Shown here: positions 38,360-52,151 of the stretch, one piece after another | How the letters are laid out: each line of letters begins with the position of its first letter | Numbering within the stretch: the first letter of the stretch is position 1 | Assembly: GCF_006345805.1 (NCBI RefSeq) | Contig: NW_021830452.1 | Span: 1-64,000 of the forward strand | Origin: Octopus sinensis | Lineage: Eukaryota | DNA length: 64,000 bases | Direction: 5' to 3' | Position numbers and translations under genes: made by a program | Notes under the pieces: generated by a model | What the model was told of the DNA's origin: nothing | Seen by the model: the letters and a program-made list of their open reading frames with translations, nothing else | Database searches by the model: none

Positions 38360-39269
38360 CATACGCACACACATGCACACACACATAACTACAAGGTGTC
38401 TTCATCAACTGACCTAATGTAATAGGTATGTACATGTTTTATGAGAGCTCAGTTTTGTTTACCTCTAAAAGTCTGGTCTTGAACTGCAACTGAAAAATGA
38501 GGTACTGTAAATGCTTATCAAAGGTGGCTATAAGTGGCTTTTCCTTGAGCGAAATTCGTAATGTACCTTTAACTATAATTTCACTATTCATTTAAACTTG
38601 GAACTACGAAACGCATATGCTTTTCATTCTGATCCTTCATTCATTTTTCAGCAAACTGGAAAGTACTAAAACCCTCGATTGGGTTGCTTCTTCATGTCTA
38701 TGTTTTCTGACTTCTTTTCTTCGACGACGGTATACTTAGCTTGTGGAATCCTTACTCAATACCATGATCCACATGCTGGGATATTCTAGAAACAGCTGTA
38801 GCAAACTCAAACTTTTTATCCTATTCTGTACTATGTTTATATTCTCTATTTAATTTAAATGCATTTCGAGTGATGCCAAAGGCTTTGCTTTTTCCTTCTC
38901 TACTTTAACCTATACATAAACGCACACACGCACACATACATCTATATGTACACACACGCACACACATCTATATGTATACACACGCACACATAAAATGTGA
39001 GTTGAATGCAAACATATAAGAGAAAAGGAGTGAAAGGAAAGAGGGAGAGAGAACTATCAACTGCTTTGAGATTCACAAAGTGTACTTCGATAAATTCTCA
39101 TCAGAAATTTACTAATAGTTTTAATTAAAAATGAGATTAATCAAGTGTGTACATAGGAATGGAAGTGATTGGTGTTTGCAAGAAGTTGATACAGAATTTG
39201 CAATTCAAGGAATCCCATAAAGTTCTGTGAGTGTATGTTTATTCATGCATACACGCACACACATGTACG

Positions 39270-39318
<49 letters not shown>

Positions 39319-40274
39319 AAGAGAGAGGGACGGAGTTTAGGCAGGATTACAAACCAATAGCTAAAAGTTTCGTTCCGCCAAATATATTTAGTTGGTTGTA
39401 TTTGTCACAGGGTGAAACGAAGAAATTATTCCGGTTAATCAACTTAGAAGTACGCTCGATGGAACAAGGCTGGTTGCACAAAAGCACATACGGCTGATGT
39501 TCCTCATGTTTCCCTTTCGGGGTACAGTCAATCATAACTTTGCCATTTCTGACATTTTTACCATTTTTTTAAATGACTTACTTCTATGTATTAAACATAG
39601 GAAATTACAACCCAATAAAAAAATGACTTACGGTTAGATTTTAGATTTTAGGATTTGGATTTAAAATTAAACTTTAAAGTTATGGCTTAAGATATCAGTT
39701 TAAGGTGTTTAGGGTTCACATTTGTATAAATTATAGTGATGTACTGTCCTAATTTTACTTATTTATATAACTGTGTTTAAATGTTCGTTTCGGAACAGCA
39801 CTGTTGTTGACATGTTTTTCTCCTGTTTTTCTTCGTGTTTTTCCGAAGAGTTTTTACAGATTTCAGTCTGTAAAAATTCTCTGTTTACTTAGATTTTATT
39901 AATTTATTCTATGTGAAGAAAAAAAAAAAAAAAACCATCCTGGTTTTGGTATTAAATATTCGTATCATTATAGATTGGAGACAGAAATTTGATATTTATA
40001 TGAAATATTCATAATTTGGTATTCTAAGGGATTTTTGTTATTTTGCGTTACCATTATATATCCGGTTAGTACAAATGTTGGTTTATACATAAATGCATGA
40101 TAAAAGATCTCTTAACCACTTGAGTTCAAATCCTGCAGAGGTTAATTATGCGGTCATCCTTTTGGGGCCCATAAATCAAAGAAGCAGTTAAATATTGAGG
40201 TCAATTTCTATAAAGCGGTCAGTGAGTAAATTCTAAGGGATGACTAAACGAATTCCACTCTGTCAAAATAATGA

Positions 40275-41120
40275 TAATCCTTTCTACTATAGATGCAAGG
40301 CCTGGAATCTGTGTAGAAGGGGTTAGTCGATCACACAGACTCCAGGACTTAACTGGTCCTTAATTTATTGACTTCAATAGGATGAAAGGCAAAGTCGACC
40401 TCGGTGGAATTCGAACCCAGAACGTAAAGAAGCACGAAATGCCACTAAGCATATTGCCCAGCGTGCTAACGATTCTGCCAGCTTGCTATCTTCATCCTTT
40501 TCTACTCTAGGCTCAAGGCCCGAAATTTTTGGGGAGGGGGCCAGTCAATTAGATCGACCCCAGTACGCAACTGGTACTTAATTTATCGACCTGAAAGGAT
40601 GAAAGGCAAAGTCAACTTCGGCGGAATTTGAACTCAGAACGTAAAGACATACGAAATACCTATTTCTTTACTACCCACAAGGGGCTAAACACAGAGAAGA
40701 CAAACAAGGACAGACAAACGGATTAAGTCGATTATATCGATCCCAGTGCGTAACTGGTATTTATTTAATCGACCCCGAAAGGATGAAAGGCAAAGTCGAC
40801 CTCGACGGAATTTGAACTCAGAACGTAACCGCAGACGAAATACCGCTAGGCATTTCGCATGGCGTGCTAACGATTCTGCCAGCTCGCTATCTTCATCAAA
40901 ATAGTAATATCATTTCTACTAAAGGCTCAAGGACTGAAATTTTGTGGGAGGGGACTAGTTGATGACATTGACCCCAGTGCATAATTGGTACTTAATTTAT
41001 CGACCCTGAAAGGATGAAAAGTAAAATCGACTTCGGTGGGATTTGAACTCAAGACATAGCGGCAAACAAAATACCACTAAGCATTTCACCTGGCGTGCTA
41101 ACGATCCTGCCAGCTCGCTG
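40275..41120 (-). mobile_element. cluster of three co-oriented family A SINEs, the middle one a dimer
   Basis: Copies at about 40280-40488, 40500-40888 (head + module + tail-2 unit) and 40910-41118, with similar spacers tcttcat.aaaatagtaatatc. Confidence 0.88.
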
Positions 41121-41457
41121 CCTTCATTAAAATAGTAATATCAAAAATCAGTATTGAGTATGACTACTTTCTAGAAGTAGCAGCTAAGTACGTCTCAAAT
41201 CATACCCTACTGCCTTTGAAAAGAAGAACACCGAGAATAATTCAGTCTTAGATAAATTGAAAAATACGACATTATCATTGCTGGAACACACTTAATAACG
41301 GTCAATTGGATCAAAATTCACCTGGGGTTAAATATCAGTCAGAGACTTTTTAGACAATGTTGTCAATATAGAATTTAAGCTTCCATAAGTTTACACACAC
41401 ACACATACATACACACCTACAAAAACGCACACATGCACACATACAGACACACACATG

Positions 41458-41527
<70 letters not shown>

Positions 41528-41611
41528 CATCCATCCATACACACAGACTCATATATATATATATGTTTGTGTACGTGTGTGTGTGTGAGAGAGAGAGAGA
41601 GAGTATGTATG

Positions 41612-41651
<40 letters not shown>

Positions 41652-42061
41652 ATGCATGAAAGGTGTTCCAAATCAATACAGACCTGGCGAAGAAGGGTTA
41701 GTCAAAGTTTTTAGGTATGGAATTTGAGGGGCGAAAACCTGGAAAGCTGAAAAGAGATAGGTACACCAGGGAGGTATGAGCATAGTGATACATCTTCTGG
41801 TAAGAGGAGGAGGGGCAGAGTCCATAAATGTTTTCAGACCCTCTCACAAATATAGGAGGAAGTCACCTTCTTTGTTCGAACGCGGGGCCTGAATGCTTCT
41901 AATAGACTGGACTCTACTAAAGCACTCAAGGACCAGGAGGTGGCGTTAAACTAGGCGGCGCAGGGTTGCCGATTTAGCATATTCTATGCTAAATCTAGCA
42001 TTTTTTTTTCAGCATTTAGCAGAAAATTTTTGAATCTAGCATTTAGCAGGGAAAATAGGTT

Positions 42062-42474
42062 TACTCTTTACTCTTTTACTTGTTTCAGTCATTTGACTGC
42101 GGCCATGCTGGAGCACTGCCTTTAGTCGAGCAAATCGACCCCGGGATTTATTCTTTGTAAGCCCAGTACTTATTCTATCAGTCTCTTTTGCCGAACCGCT
42201 AAGTTACGGGGACGTAAACACACCAGCATCGGCTGTCAAGCAATGCTAGGGGGACAAACACAGACACACAAACACACACACATACATATATATATATATA
42301 CATATATACGACAGGCTTCTTTCAGTTTCCGTCTACCAAATCCACTCACAAGGCATTGGTCGGCCCGGGGCTATAGCAGAAGACACTTGCCCAAGGTGCC
42401 ACGCAGTGGGACTGAACCCGGAACCATGTGGTTGTTTAGCAAGCTACTTACCACACAGCCACTCCTGCGCCTAT
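42062..42474 (-). mobile_element. family B CORE-type SINE nested in the hAT left subterminal region
   Basis: Full reverse-complement family match. Confidence 0.92.
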
Positions 42475-42859
42475 TTAAAATTTTTTTTAGCATTTTTCTC
42501 TGATCATGACATTTCCACAATAGTTCCCCTTTTTGCTTCTTTTTCTTCCTTTTCTACTTTCGTTGATGTATCTTATGGCCAAATTTTAGTACTATCGGCT
42601 TTTGTTAAATTTTTGTTTCACTTTCTTGAAACTTCATTGAAAGTTTATGAAACGGAAGTTTATCAAGTTATGAACTTTTCCACCCCACCCCCAACGACTT
42701 GGATACAGAGTGGTGCTGGTGGGGGAGGGGGAGAAGATAACTCATATCAGCGCCCGAACTCCCTACACAGTAATGTAAATATGTTGCAAAGAATGGAAGC
42801 ATGGAAATTCGTCCAAAAAAATCCTTTATTCTGTTGTGATGTACAAAATGTTCAAATAT

Positions 42860-44381
42860 TGTGAGAAATGTTCTAAGCTCCATATTTTGATGGAGATCTG
42901 ATTTCTGATATAGGAGATAGAAAATTTAGCCTGTTATTAGATGAATCCATTGATATATCGATAAACAAGTTGTTAGGAATTATTATTATCATATATCATA
43001 GTGACACTTATGAAAAAGTAGTGCATCCATATCTCAGTATGGTATCTTTAGAAACATGTGATGTGGATAGCATTGTAGATGCCTTAAAAATTGAATTAGT
43101 GAAAAAGAAATTAGATAATAAAAAGAATTAGTGGCTATAGGAACCGACAATGCTAGAGTAATGATAGGAATCAACAATGGAGTTTTCCAGAAATTAAAAG
43201 ACGTTCCATCATTACTTCTGTTTAGATGTCTATGCTTGCCCACAAACTTAGAATTTTAGTATCCGAAACCTATAAATGGTCCTCTCATTTCTCAACAAGA
43301 CAAAGTGTCTACAAACAACTTTACCTTACTATCAATGATAAAGAGCCTTTGAAGATCGTGAATTCTTGTACAACTAGGTATATATCAATAGAACAAGCGG
43401 TAAATAGAATTTTAAGCCAATGATTTGAATTGCAAACTCACTTCCAAACTACAACTACAAAAAAAAAAATGCTTTACAGCACAAACATTACATGAAATGT
43501 TTTGTGATTCTAGGAATGAACTTTACCATTTATTTTTGCATCCAATTTTAAAACATGTTCAGGAAGTGAATAAACTGTTTGAATCAAACACTGTCGACAA
43601 ACGAAAATTACTTGAAGATCTTTCAAATTTGATCAAATCGGTTGCTAATATGATAGTCTTACCAACATGAAGAATTGATTCTCTTGATCCTGTTGCTTCT
43701 ATTGAAAACTTTCTGGATCCTAAACCAAATTTAGGCTACAGGTTTGAGAGAAAGATACAGAAATGGTCATCAAGAAAACTGGAAGAGCCACCGAAGAAAA
43801 TAAATTTCGCAAAAGAGAACAAGAATTTTTACTCTGCCTTTATAAAGAGCTCAAGCACTGTTTGCCAGGAAATATCAATATGCTGAGGAATATCAAATGT
43901 TTTTTCAGTAGAGAATATTTTGCAGCATTTCAAAGAGCCAATTTTACCTGTCTTAGAAGCAATGCATTTAAATGAAGAAAAAAATTGCTTCAGTTGAAAT
44001 TCAGTTTAATTGCATTCATTTAGTTAAATGAACAAATACGTCTAATACTGAGGCATTCTAACTGGAAGTCTTGGAATATAAAGATGCTACTGGAGAAAAT
44101 CCTTTTAGAAATGTTGCAATTTTGCCATTAATTTATTGACATTGCTAAACTCAAATGCAGAAGTTGAACGGTTTTTCAGTAGTATGGATGTAATCAAATC
44201 AAAATTGAAAAACAAAATGCATCTTCCCATGCTTAGATCAATACTGTCTATAAAATATGGCCTGAAAAGAAATGGCAAATGTTGCAAAATCTTCGATATT
44301 CCAAAACACATAATTAACAAGACTGGGACCTTGAATGTATACAGAAGTCAAGACCTAGGCACTGCAGCTGAATGTGATTAA
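42860..44381 (+). pseudogene. hAT transposase pseudogene (ZNF862/DUF4371-like)
   Basis: KFSLLLDESIDIS (D, 42940), IGTDNARVM (D, 43143), SCTTRYISIE and LLNSNAEVERFFSSMDVIKSKLKNKM (E, 44157); many stops and frameshifts. Confidence 0.88.
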
Positions 44382-44792
44382 ATCAGTGAAATTCAAGAAA
44401 TTATTTCTCAATGCTGAATATTATTAAAGAAAGTAAATAAAAATGTAAATAAAAATCAAGTTTTTTTTATATAATTAGTCTTTAGCATTTTTTGTCATAT
44501 TTAGCATGTTTTAGCATTTTTTGGTATTTCTTCAACTGAAATATAGCATAAAATTCTGATTTTAAATTGGCTACACTGAGGTGGCGGTTGAATTCTACTA
44601 AACAGTCTGCACATGATTTCATCTGACGAATTTCATACTGTTTCCACCAACCAAATTTCATTCACAAAGCTTTCAACCACTCTGGGCTATGATACAAGGC
44701 TTTTGTGAAAGATGCCGTGTAGTGAGATCGAAACGATACCAACGTCGTTATTTACCTGCTCCCAGGTAAATATCGGGGATGAAAGAAAAGGG

Positions 44793-44835
<43 letters not shown>

Positions 44836-45812
44836 GAACAGAACGGAAGAGAGAGACAGACAGTGGGTAGAAAGGAAGATAGAGAGAGGGGTGGAGAAAA
44901 GATGAGAGAGAGAAAGAGAGAAAGCAGTGTGTGGGGGAGTAATTCTTAGCGATTCATTTGGATGGATCGCTAACATATTTGATTTGAAACGGGTACGTAT
45001 CAACAGTACCGCGATATGTGATCCCCACTATAGTGTAGCTGAGGGTTGTACCCTGTAGAAGGACCAAAAATTGTTCAGAGGGAAAGCATTTTTGACCTTA
45101 AGCAAAGCTCCTGACTTTTAAGTTGCAGTTTTAGTTATAATGTATTTATATTGCTGCTGCTGTTTCTGCTGCTGTTGTTGTTGTTGTTGTTGTTATTTAG
45201 CACCACAAAATCATTCCAGATGTGAATACTACGTCGGTTTACATGAACAACGTATCTAAGACAATGTGTCACCTTACAAGATCGTGGGATACGATTTGAG
45301 GGAGACATGCCTGCTATATCTAGCAGATGAAATGACTGCACAGAGGTGTCCTTCCTCAATATATATATATATTATATATTGTTGTTCTTTAGTCCAACGT
45401 CAAACCCTGATCAAGCAGGCCTGTTATCAAAACTATTCCAATATCAACTATTCCGCCAATTTGTATATTCAACAATACGTTGTCCAAAGCGAGCTTCATA
45501 TTTTAAAGATGGCAGAATATGATAATTGCAAATTCAGCTGCCGTTTTGAACGTGATATAAAGTCTTCCTCGGCAGAACATTCGCCAACCTGCACATATTT
45601 TATAGGTGCTGAGAGTGATTACTCTCTTCCTGTCTAGTATATGTGTCTGGGCATGCAGTTACCCCGTTGTTTGATGCACGGGAAACAAATAGCTGTGAAA
45701 TCTATGGATTCCAGGCCATCTCAAAATCTGTTTTATTTGTTTGTTGTATTTAAGTAGCTAACATTTATTTCTCTATTTTACGTTTCCCATTATTAGTGGC
45801 TAATGTAGGAGG

Positions 45813-45900
<88 letters not shown>

Positions 45901-46060
45901 GTATATATATGTTTATATATATGCGTATATATATATTGGCTAAACTGGCAATATGACCATTCCGAAATATAACAATATATATGTATATATACATGTATAT
46001 ATATACATATATATATATATACGCATATATATGTAAACATATATATATATATACTATACA

Positions 46061-46126
<66 letters not shown>

Positions 46127-47015
46127 CTATATATATATATATAATATATATATACATATATATATATATATAGATATATATATATATAATATATATATAT
46201 ATATATCTAAATGTAACTCCTGCTAAATGCATTGAATGCCCTTTTGCTACGTTCGTCCACTACCACGTGTGTGTATGTATGTAATGTATGTATGTATGTA
46301 TATACATGTACATGCGCACACTTAACTCTGTGTGTGTATAGACAAACATATGCAAGCACACATACAAACACACACGCACACGCTAACACACGCACGCAGA
46401 TTTTCTGGTACAAGTTTTATTTAGTTATAATGTTTAGATTTATGATGATGTCTTTCTCAGTATGTCGTAATGAAATTTAGTCTTTACTACCATTTTGTAA
46501 AATACATTTATTTATTTATTTATTTTGTATTGTCATGGTGTATACAATAGTGTCGTTGCTTTAGAGTGCCAACGATTTAATTGCTAGCTCACTGCATTTT
46601 TGAGAATGACAAAGATTATTCAGTTATTCGATGCCGAGTGACATCTTGAGCAAGTATGTTCTATTATAGCCTCGACCTGGCCAAAACTTTGTGACTCTAT
46701 TTGGTAGACGGAAACTGAAAGAATCCCATCGTGTACATGAATACATATGTCTGTTTGTGTGTCTGTATGTGTCTGAGTGTGCATGTATGCGTGTCTTTGT
46801 ATTCGTCCCTCCAACACCGTCGCCTGACGACCGGTGTTGGTTTATCTATATCCTCGTAACTTGGTGATTTGGCAAAAGAGATCTCGCAGTAGAAGTACCT
46901 GGTTGAAAAATAAGTACTGGGGTCGATTCGTTTGACTAAAACATTTCAAGGTGGTACCCAAGGTTGACTACATCCCATTGAATGAAACAAGTAAATGATA
47001 AAAAATAATAGATAC

Positions 47016-47183
47016 ATAGGCACAGGAGTGGCTGTGTGGTAAGTAGCTTGCTTACCAACCACATGGTTCCGGGTTCAGTCCCACTGCGTGGCATCTTGGG
47101 CAAGTGTCTTCTGCTATAGCCCCGGGCCGACCAATACATTGTGAGTGGATTTGGTAGACGGAAACTGAAAGAAGCCTGTCATA

Positions 47184-47226
<43 letters not shown>

Positions 47227-47263
47227 ATGTGTTTGTGTGTGTGTGTGTGTGTGTTTGTCTGTC

Positions 47264-47300
<37 letters not shown>

Positions 47301-47497
47301 ATGTCTGTGTTTGTCCCCCCAACATCGCTTGACAACCGATACTGGTGTGTTTACGTCCCCGTAACAGCGGTTCGGTAAAAGAGACCGATAGAATAAGTAC
47401 TAGGCATACAAAGAATAAGTCCTGGGGATCGATTTGCTCGACTAAAAGGCAGTGCTTCAGCATGGCCGTAGTCAAATGACTGAAACAAGTAAAAGAG
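47016..47497 (+). mobile_element. family B CORE-type SINE with expanded internal microsatellite
   Basis: Full family match; internal tract about 130 bp. Confidence 0.92.
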
Positions 47498-48397
47498 TGT
47501 ATATAAGCTCGCGCACTTGGATTGAAGAACTGATCGGTCGAATCCATTGTGTATTCATTTTTCTTTTACTTTGGTTTCGGTTTCAACCCGAACGACCCCT
47601 GCCAACATTTTCCTTTAATCCTCCCGACGTCGATAAAATAAGAAGCAGTTCAAGTACTGAGGTGGACGTAATCGCCTGAACCCTGAAAAAGGTGGCACCC
47701 CACACGGAAGACAACAAAAGAAATAAAAACAAACATATACAAAAAAAAAAAAAATCGTGAAATCGTGTGTCTGTGTGAGAGAGAGTGTGTGTGTGTCTCT
47801 GAGAACTTTTCTTTGTTGCATTGTGTGTGTGTGTGTCTGTGTGTGTTTGTGCGCGCTCGCGCACGTGTCGTATTACAAATTGTTAGTTGAAGTTTTCACA
47901 CGTTTTTTTGCTTTATTGCTGTTCGTTGTGGCTTTTATGTGGCTGTGGTTGGGTCTTATGTGACTGTTAATAACAGTTTACTAAAGCGTGTGTGTGTATG
48001 TGTGTGTATGTATGTGTGTGTGAGACTTTGTATGTATTCTTGTAAATCTTGTTCTATATTTTTTCTCTTTGTGATTGTCTGTTTTTTTTTTTTTTTTTGA
48101 CTTTTATGTAAACATGCTTATTGAAGTGTTTAAGTTTGTGACGTTTAGGTGTGAGGTTTTCCGTTGATGTTGTTGTTTGTCTTGCTCTCCTATCTTTTGT
48201 GTGTTTTTCTATGAATCTTTTCTAATTTCAGATGTAACTATGATGCAAAGCAAATTACCATTTTGCTAATGAGCTTTGTCTTTTTGTGAAATTAAGTGCA
48301 GCGTTGTCTTGGTCTCTTCACTCCAGTTTAGTATTTTCTATGCACTTAGTCTTTTCTATGTACTGCAGTATATATTCTACGTGATATAGTCTTTTCA

Positions 48398-48774
48398 GTG
48401 GAGGCGCAATGGCCCAGTGGTTAGGGCAGCGGACACGCGGTTTCGATTCCCAGACCGGGCGTTGTGAGTGTTTATTGAGCGAAAACACCTAAAGCTCCAC
48501 GAGGCTCCGGCAGGGGATGGTAGTGATCCTTGCTGTACTCTTTCGCCACAACTTTCTCTCACTCTTACTTCCTGTTTCTGTTGTACCTGTATTTCAAAGG
48601 GCCGGCCTTGTCACTCTCTGTGTCACGCTGAATATCCCCGAGAACTACGTTAAGGGTACACGTGTCTGTGGAGTGCTCAGCCACTTACACGTTAATTTCA
48701 CGAGCAGGCTGTTCCGTTCATTCGGATCAACCGGAACCCTCGTCGTCGTAACCGACGGAGTGCTTCCCCAAAAA
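48398..48774 (+). mobile_element. tRNA-derived SINE (family C) with 13-bp TSD
   Basis: A box tggcccagtggttagg and B box gtttcgattcc; TSD agtcttttcagtg at 48388-48400 and 48775-48787. Confidence 0.85.
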
Positions 48775-48889
48775 AGTCTTTTCAGTGCAGTCTAGTATAT
48801 TTTTATTTGTTTTTGTTTTCTTCTCAAACAGCTGCAACATAAATGCGTTCCACGACGTTGCCTCAAGAATCCCTATCCTCCTCTCGCAT

Positions 48890-49900
48890 TACCTTTAATT
48901 AGATCATCAATAGGTGAGTCGCTGCAAATAACATCGATCTAATTGAGCGATCTCCATCACCTTTTAGTATACAAAACTCTCTCCTAAAAACACGTGATAT
49001 GGCCTGGTGTGCAGCACAAAAATAGTGGCCAGTAGGGGAGGATGCAATGTGTACCGAAATCCCCTCTTTGGTTTTGTGTTCATTCCATAAGATATTGTGA
49101 GCCCTCATAAGAAGACTGGTGTACGTTCTGTCGAGTTTACGTTGAAGCTCTTTGATTGTCGAGGTTTGAGCTCTATGGAGAAGAACGCTCCTTACTCCGA
49201 AGAAGGAGAGCCTTGTTGATTTTGGAATATTAGAAGCTTCTTACAGACACTCCAGGCTAGTTACTTTCGTGTAAGGAGGTTTTCCTTACCGTCAACAACA
49301 TTGAACCCAAGGTGCATGAAATCACTGAATTCTTTGAATTACGTACCATCTTGAGGATAAATTTCTTAGCTGCTTTCACTCTCATTGATGGCCATGTACT
49401 CAATGTTCTTAGTGTTGAGAAACATACGTCAGCTACCGGATATATTTGTTATCAGGGGATGTTGACAAATGATATGCATCATATAGTTGATGTGGTGTGA
49501 GGACCAAAATTGCTAACAGAATCCTGCTCTGATGCATGCTCTGATAACTTCTTGAACACTTCCGTTCTAAGGTGAGGTTTTTGTCTTAGAGGCCAAGGTT
49601 TTGCCTCAAAATATAGTCCACAAGAATCATGAAGAGAAAAGGGGATAGTGTGTCTCCTTGAAGGAGTCCTACTGTTGTTGGAAACATTTCGTCTGAATCG
49701 TCTGTATTTTGAATGAAGCTTATCAAACATTCATGTCTTATCAAACACGGCCCTTCTGTTGACACTATTTAATGTTTTGGAGAAATCCAGATACATTAAA
49801 TGCCTTTTGCTTGGAGGTTCTGATCTCTTCTACAGTTCTTTTGAGAGCAAGGATCTGTGGTAATGTTGATCAGCATTTACTGAAACCATTTTGGTTCCTA
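48890..49900 (-). mobile_element. RTE-clade LINE relic (RT domain plus C-terminus)
   Basis: RNQNGF..STLPQILALKRTVEEIR..LDFSK.LNSVNR, GLLQGDTLSPFLFMILVDYILRQ, LNTKNIEYMAIN and KLDRTYTSLLMRAHNILW; internally deleted and frameshifted. Confidence 0.85.
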
Positions 49901-50442
49901 TAAATTTTTCACAGTAATACAGTCTACGCAGTAATAAACTTTAAAGACTATACAACTGAAATACCGTAGTATCGTCATTTCGCTCTCGTATAGTATTTCA
50001 TTGTTGTACAATATTTTTACTGTTGCATAATAGTCCTTTCTTTATAGTACAGGCTTTTTACCATAGTTTCCAATGTACTACAGCCTTTTCATTGTACTAT
50101 AGCCTTTCTAATGTAGTGTAGTCTTTCCTTTTGTAAAAGAATCTCTCTAGTGGAACAGCAAGAATGCTATGCATTTTTTCTTTGTTTGTAGTTTAAGATT
50201 TTGTTTGTTGTAAGTTTTATGTGTAAACTTCTGGTTGATTGTCATGATTTCTGGTTGATGATCAGACAGACATTGTGTCTGCTGTGTTTCATATGCTGTT
50301 AACTTTGATAACTGATATCTGGAGATGTTAGTCAGTGTATTAGGTGGGGGAAGGGGGGGACGAAATAGTTTATTGGGTTTTTGTGAAAGCTATTTGCGTG
50401 AAGGTGCATTTGATTAATGTTATAATGGTTCGGTTTTTGCGA

Positions 50443-50469
50443 TGACGTCTGTAGATAAGTGGTCACGTG
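50443..50469. promoter_or_regulatory. candidate CRE-like plus E-box pair
   Basis: TGACGTC (50443) and GTCACGTG (50462) next to unique strand-skewed sequence. Confidence 0.25.
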
Positions 50470-51364
50470 TGTATATGTGTGTGTTTGTAAATGTGCGAGC
50501 GTGTGTGCGTGCTTGTGTGTGTGAGCGTGTGTGTGTGTGTGTGTGTTGTGTGTGTGTGTGTGTGTGTGTGTGGTGTGTTTGTGTGTGTCCAGAAATATGA
50601 TGAAATCCACAATAGCGAATGGACATTGATGTCTGCTGTGATAATTGTAGTGCTTTGTTTAGTCTGCAGCAACATCACTAATATAATACATTTGGGAAGA
50701 ATAAATAAATATATAAATATGTGTGTGTGTTTGTGTGTATGTATATGTGTGTGTGTGTGTATGTATATATGTGTGTGTGTGTGTATGTGTGTATAACAAC
50801 TACAACAATAATTTCTTGATTTAGCCAGTGAGTGCAGTTCCATACAAATCATTCATACATACAGAACATAAGACGTTAAAAGGAAGTTTTACATGACGTG
50901 GGCAATGAGGTAAACAAACAAGTTAGATTTCTTTAAAATATTAGTTTGAAAGACGTTACACCAAAGATGTGGGGATAAGTTGAATAATTTATGAAAAATA
51001 TGAAAACGTAGAATGATTAAATAACCCGTAATAAAACAAAATAAGTGAATAAACGAAGTTCGGTTTATAAAAGAGTGGGATAGGGATCTAGCCATCTATA
51101 TTTAAAGGAATAAACCATTATTGGTACTGGTTAGAGCACCCGCGGTTATAATTATGCAAACCCTAAAATCCATCCATATATTGCTCTCGGTTGGAAAATA
51201 TAGAATCTTCCCTGTGAAGCTCTTGAAAAACTGAAGGGTGCCATGTCCTACGATTGGTTAAAAAGAATGAAACTATAAACTTTATAAGAATACTTTATCA
51301 ACAGTCGATCTTTTCTTTGTTTTTTTTTGGTGCTTTTTTTTCTTGTTTTCTTTCATCACTTCTC

Positions 51365-51392
51365 TGATTGGCTGGAAAGCCCTAAACCAATT
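51365..51392. promoter_or_regulatory. paired CCAAT (NF-Y-like) boxes
   Basis: ctgATTGGctg (51367) and aaCCAAT (51387), followed by about 200 bp of CpG-richer unique sequence. Confidence 0.3.
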
Positions 51393-51752
51393 CGTGCATC
51401 TTGTATCACCCTTTTTCGATTACACGAAGGGCTGTAAAATTCAGTTCATTCGGGAAGAAAGGCTTCTCCTCAAGAGCGACGTGTTCCATTTCACAGGAGA
51501 ACGTCTTCTTTTTGCTGGACAAAAATCCCGCTTCTGTGCAGAGGAAGTGGTCTCACTTCACGAAAAATCCCTTCTTTTCCCGATGAAATAAATGTTTAGT
51601 CTTCTCGCACTTTTGATTCGGATGTTTATTTTTCACTTTGACGTAGGAAGGCTCCATCCTCACAAGTGGATGAGGTGGTATTGCTCTGAATATAGAGACC
51701 TGAATTTGATCAACAAATTTTAGGCTGGGGCGCACTCAACGCCTGTCCACTG

Positions 51753-52151
51753 TAGGTGCAGGCGTGGCTGTGTGATAAGAAGATTGCTTCCCAACCCATG
51801 GTTCCGGGTTCAGCCTCACTACGTGGCACCTTGAGCAAGTGTCTTCTACTATAGCCTCGGGCCTTGTGAGTGAATTTGGTAGACGGAAACAGAAAGAAGC
51901 CCGTCGTATATATATATATGTATATAACAATGTGTGTGTGTGTGTCTTTGTGTCTGTATTTGTCCCACATGCCAATCGCCGCTTGTCAACCGATTTTTGA
52001 TGTATTTACGCCCCCGTAACCTAGCGGTTCGGCAAAAGAGAAATAAGTCATGGGGCCGATTTATTCGGCTACAACCCTTCAAAGAGGTGCTCTAGTAAGG
52101 TCGCAGCCAAATGACTGAAACAAATAAAAGAATAAAAGAATAAACGAATAA
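51753..52151 (+). mobile_element. family B CORE-type SINE (diverged)
   Basis: Family match with internal deletions. Confidence 0.85.

Larger units (their letters stand above)
41961..44578 (+). mobile_element. complete but decayed hAT DNA transposon
   Basis: TIRs cagggttgccgattt / aaattggctacactg (12/15), 8-bp TSD aggcggcg / aggtggcg, repeated subterminal TAGCA motifs and an internal transposase. Confidence 0.9.

Noticed and set aside
41650-41950. Possible CR1/L2 C-terminal relic flanking the hAT
   Set aside because: Only vague motif resemblance; it cannot be supported by eye.
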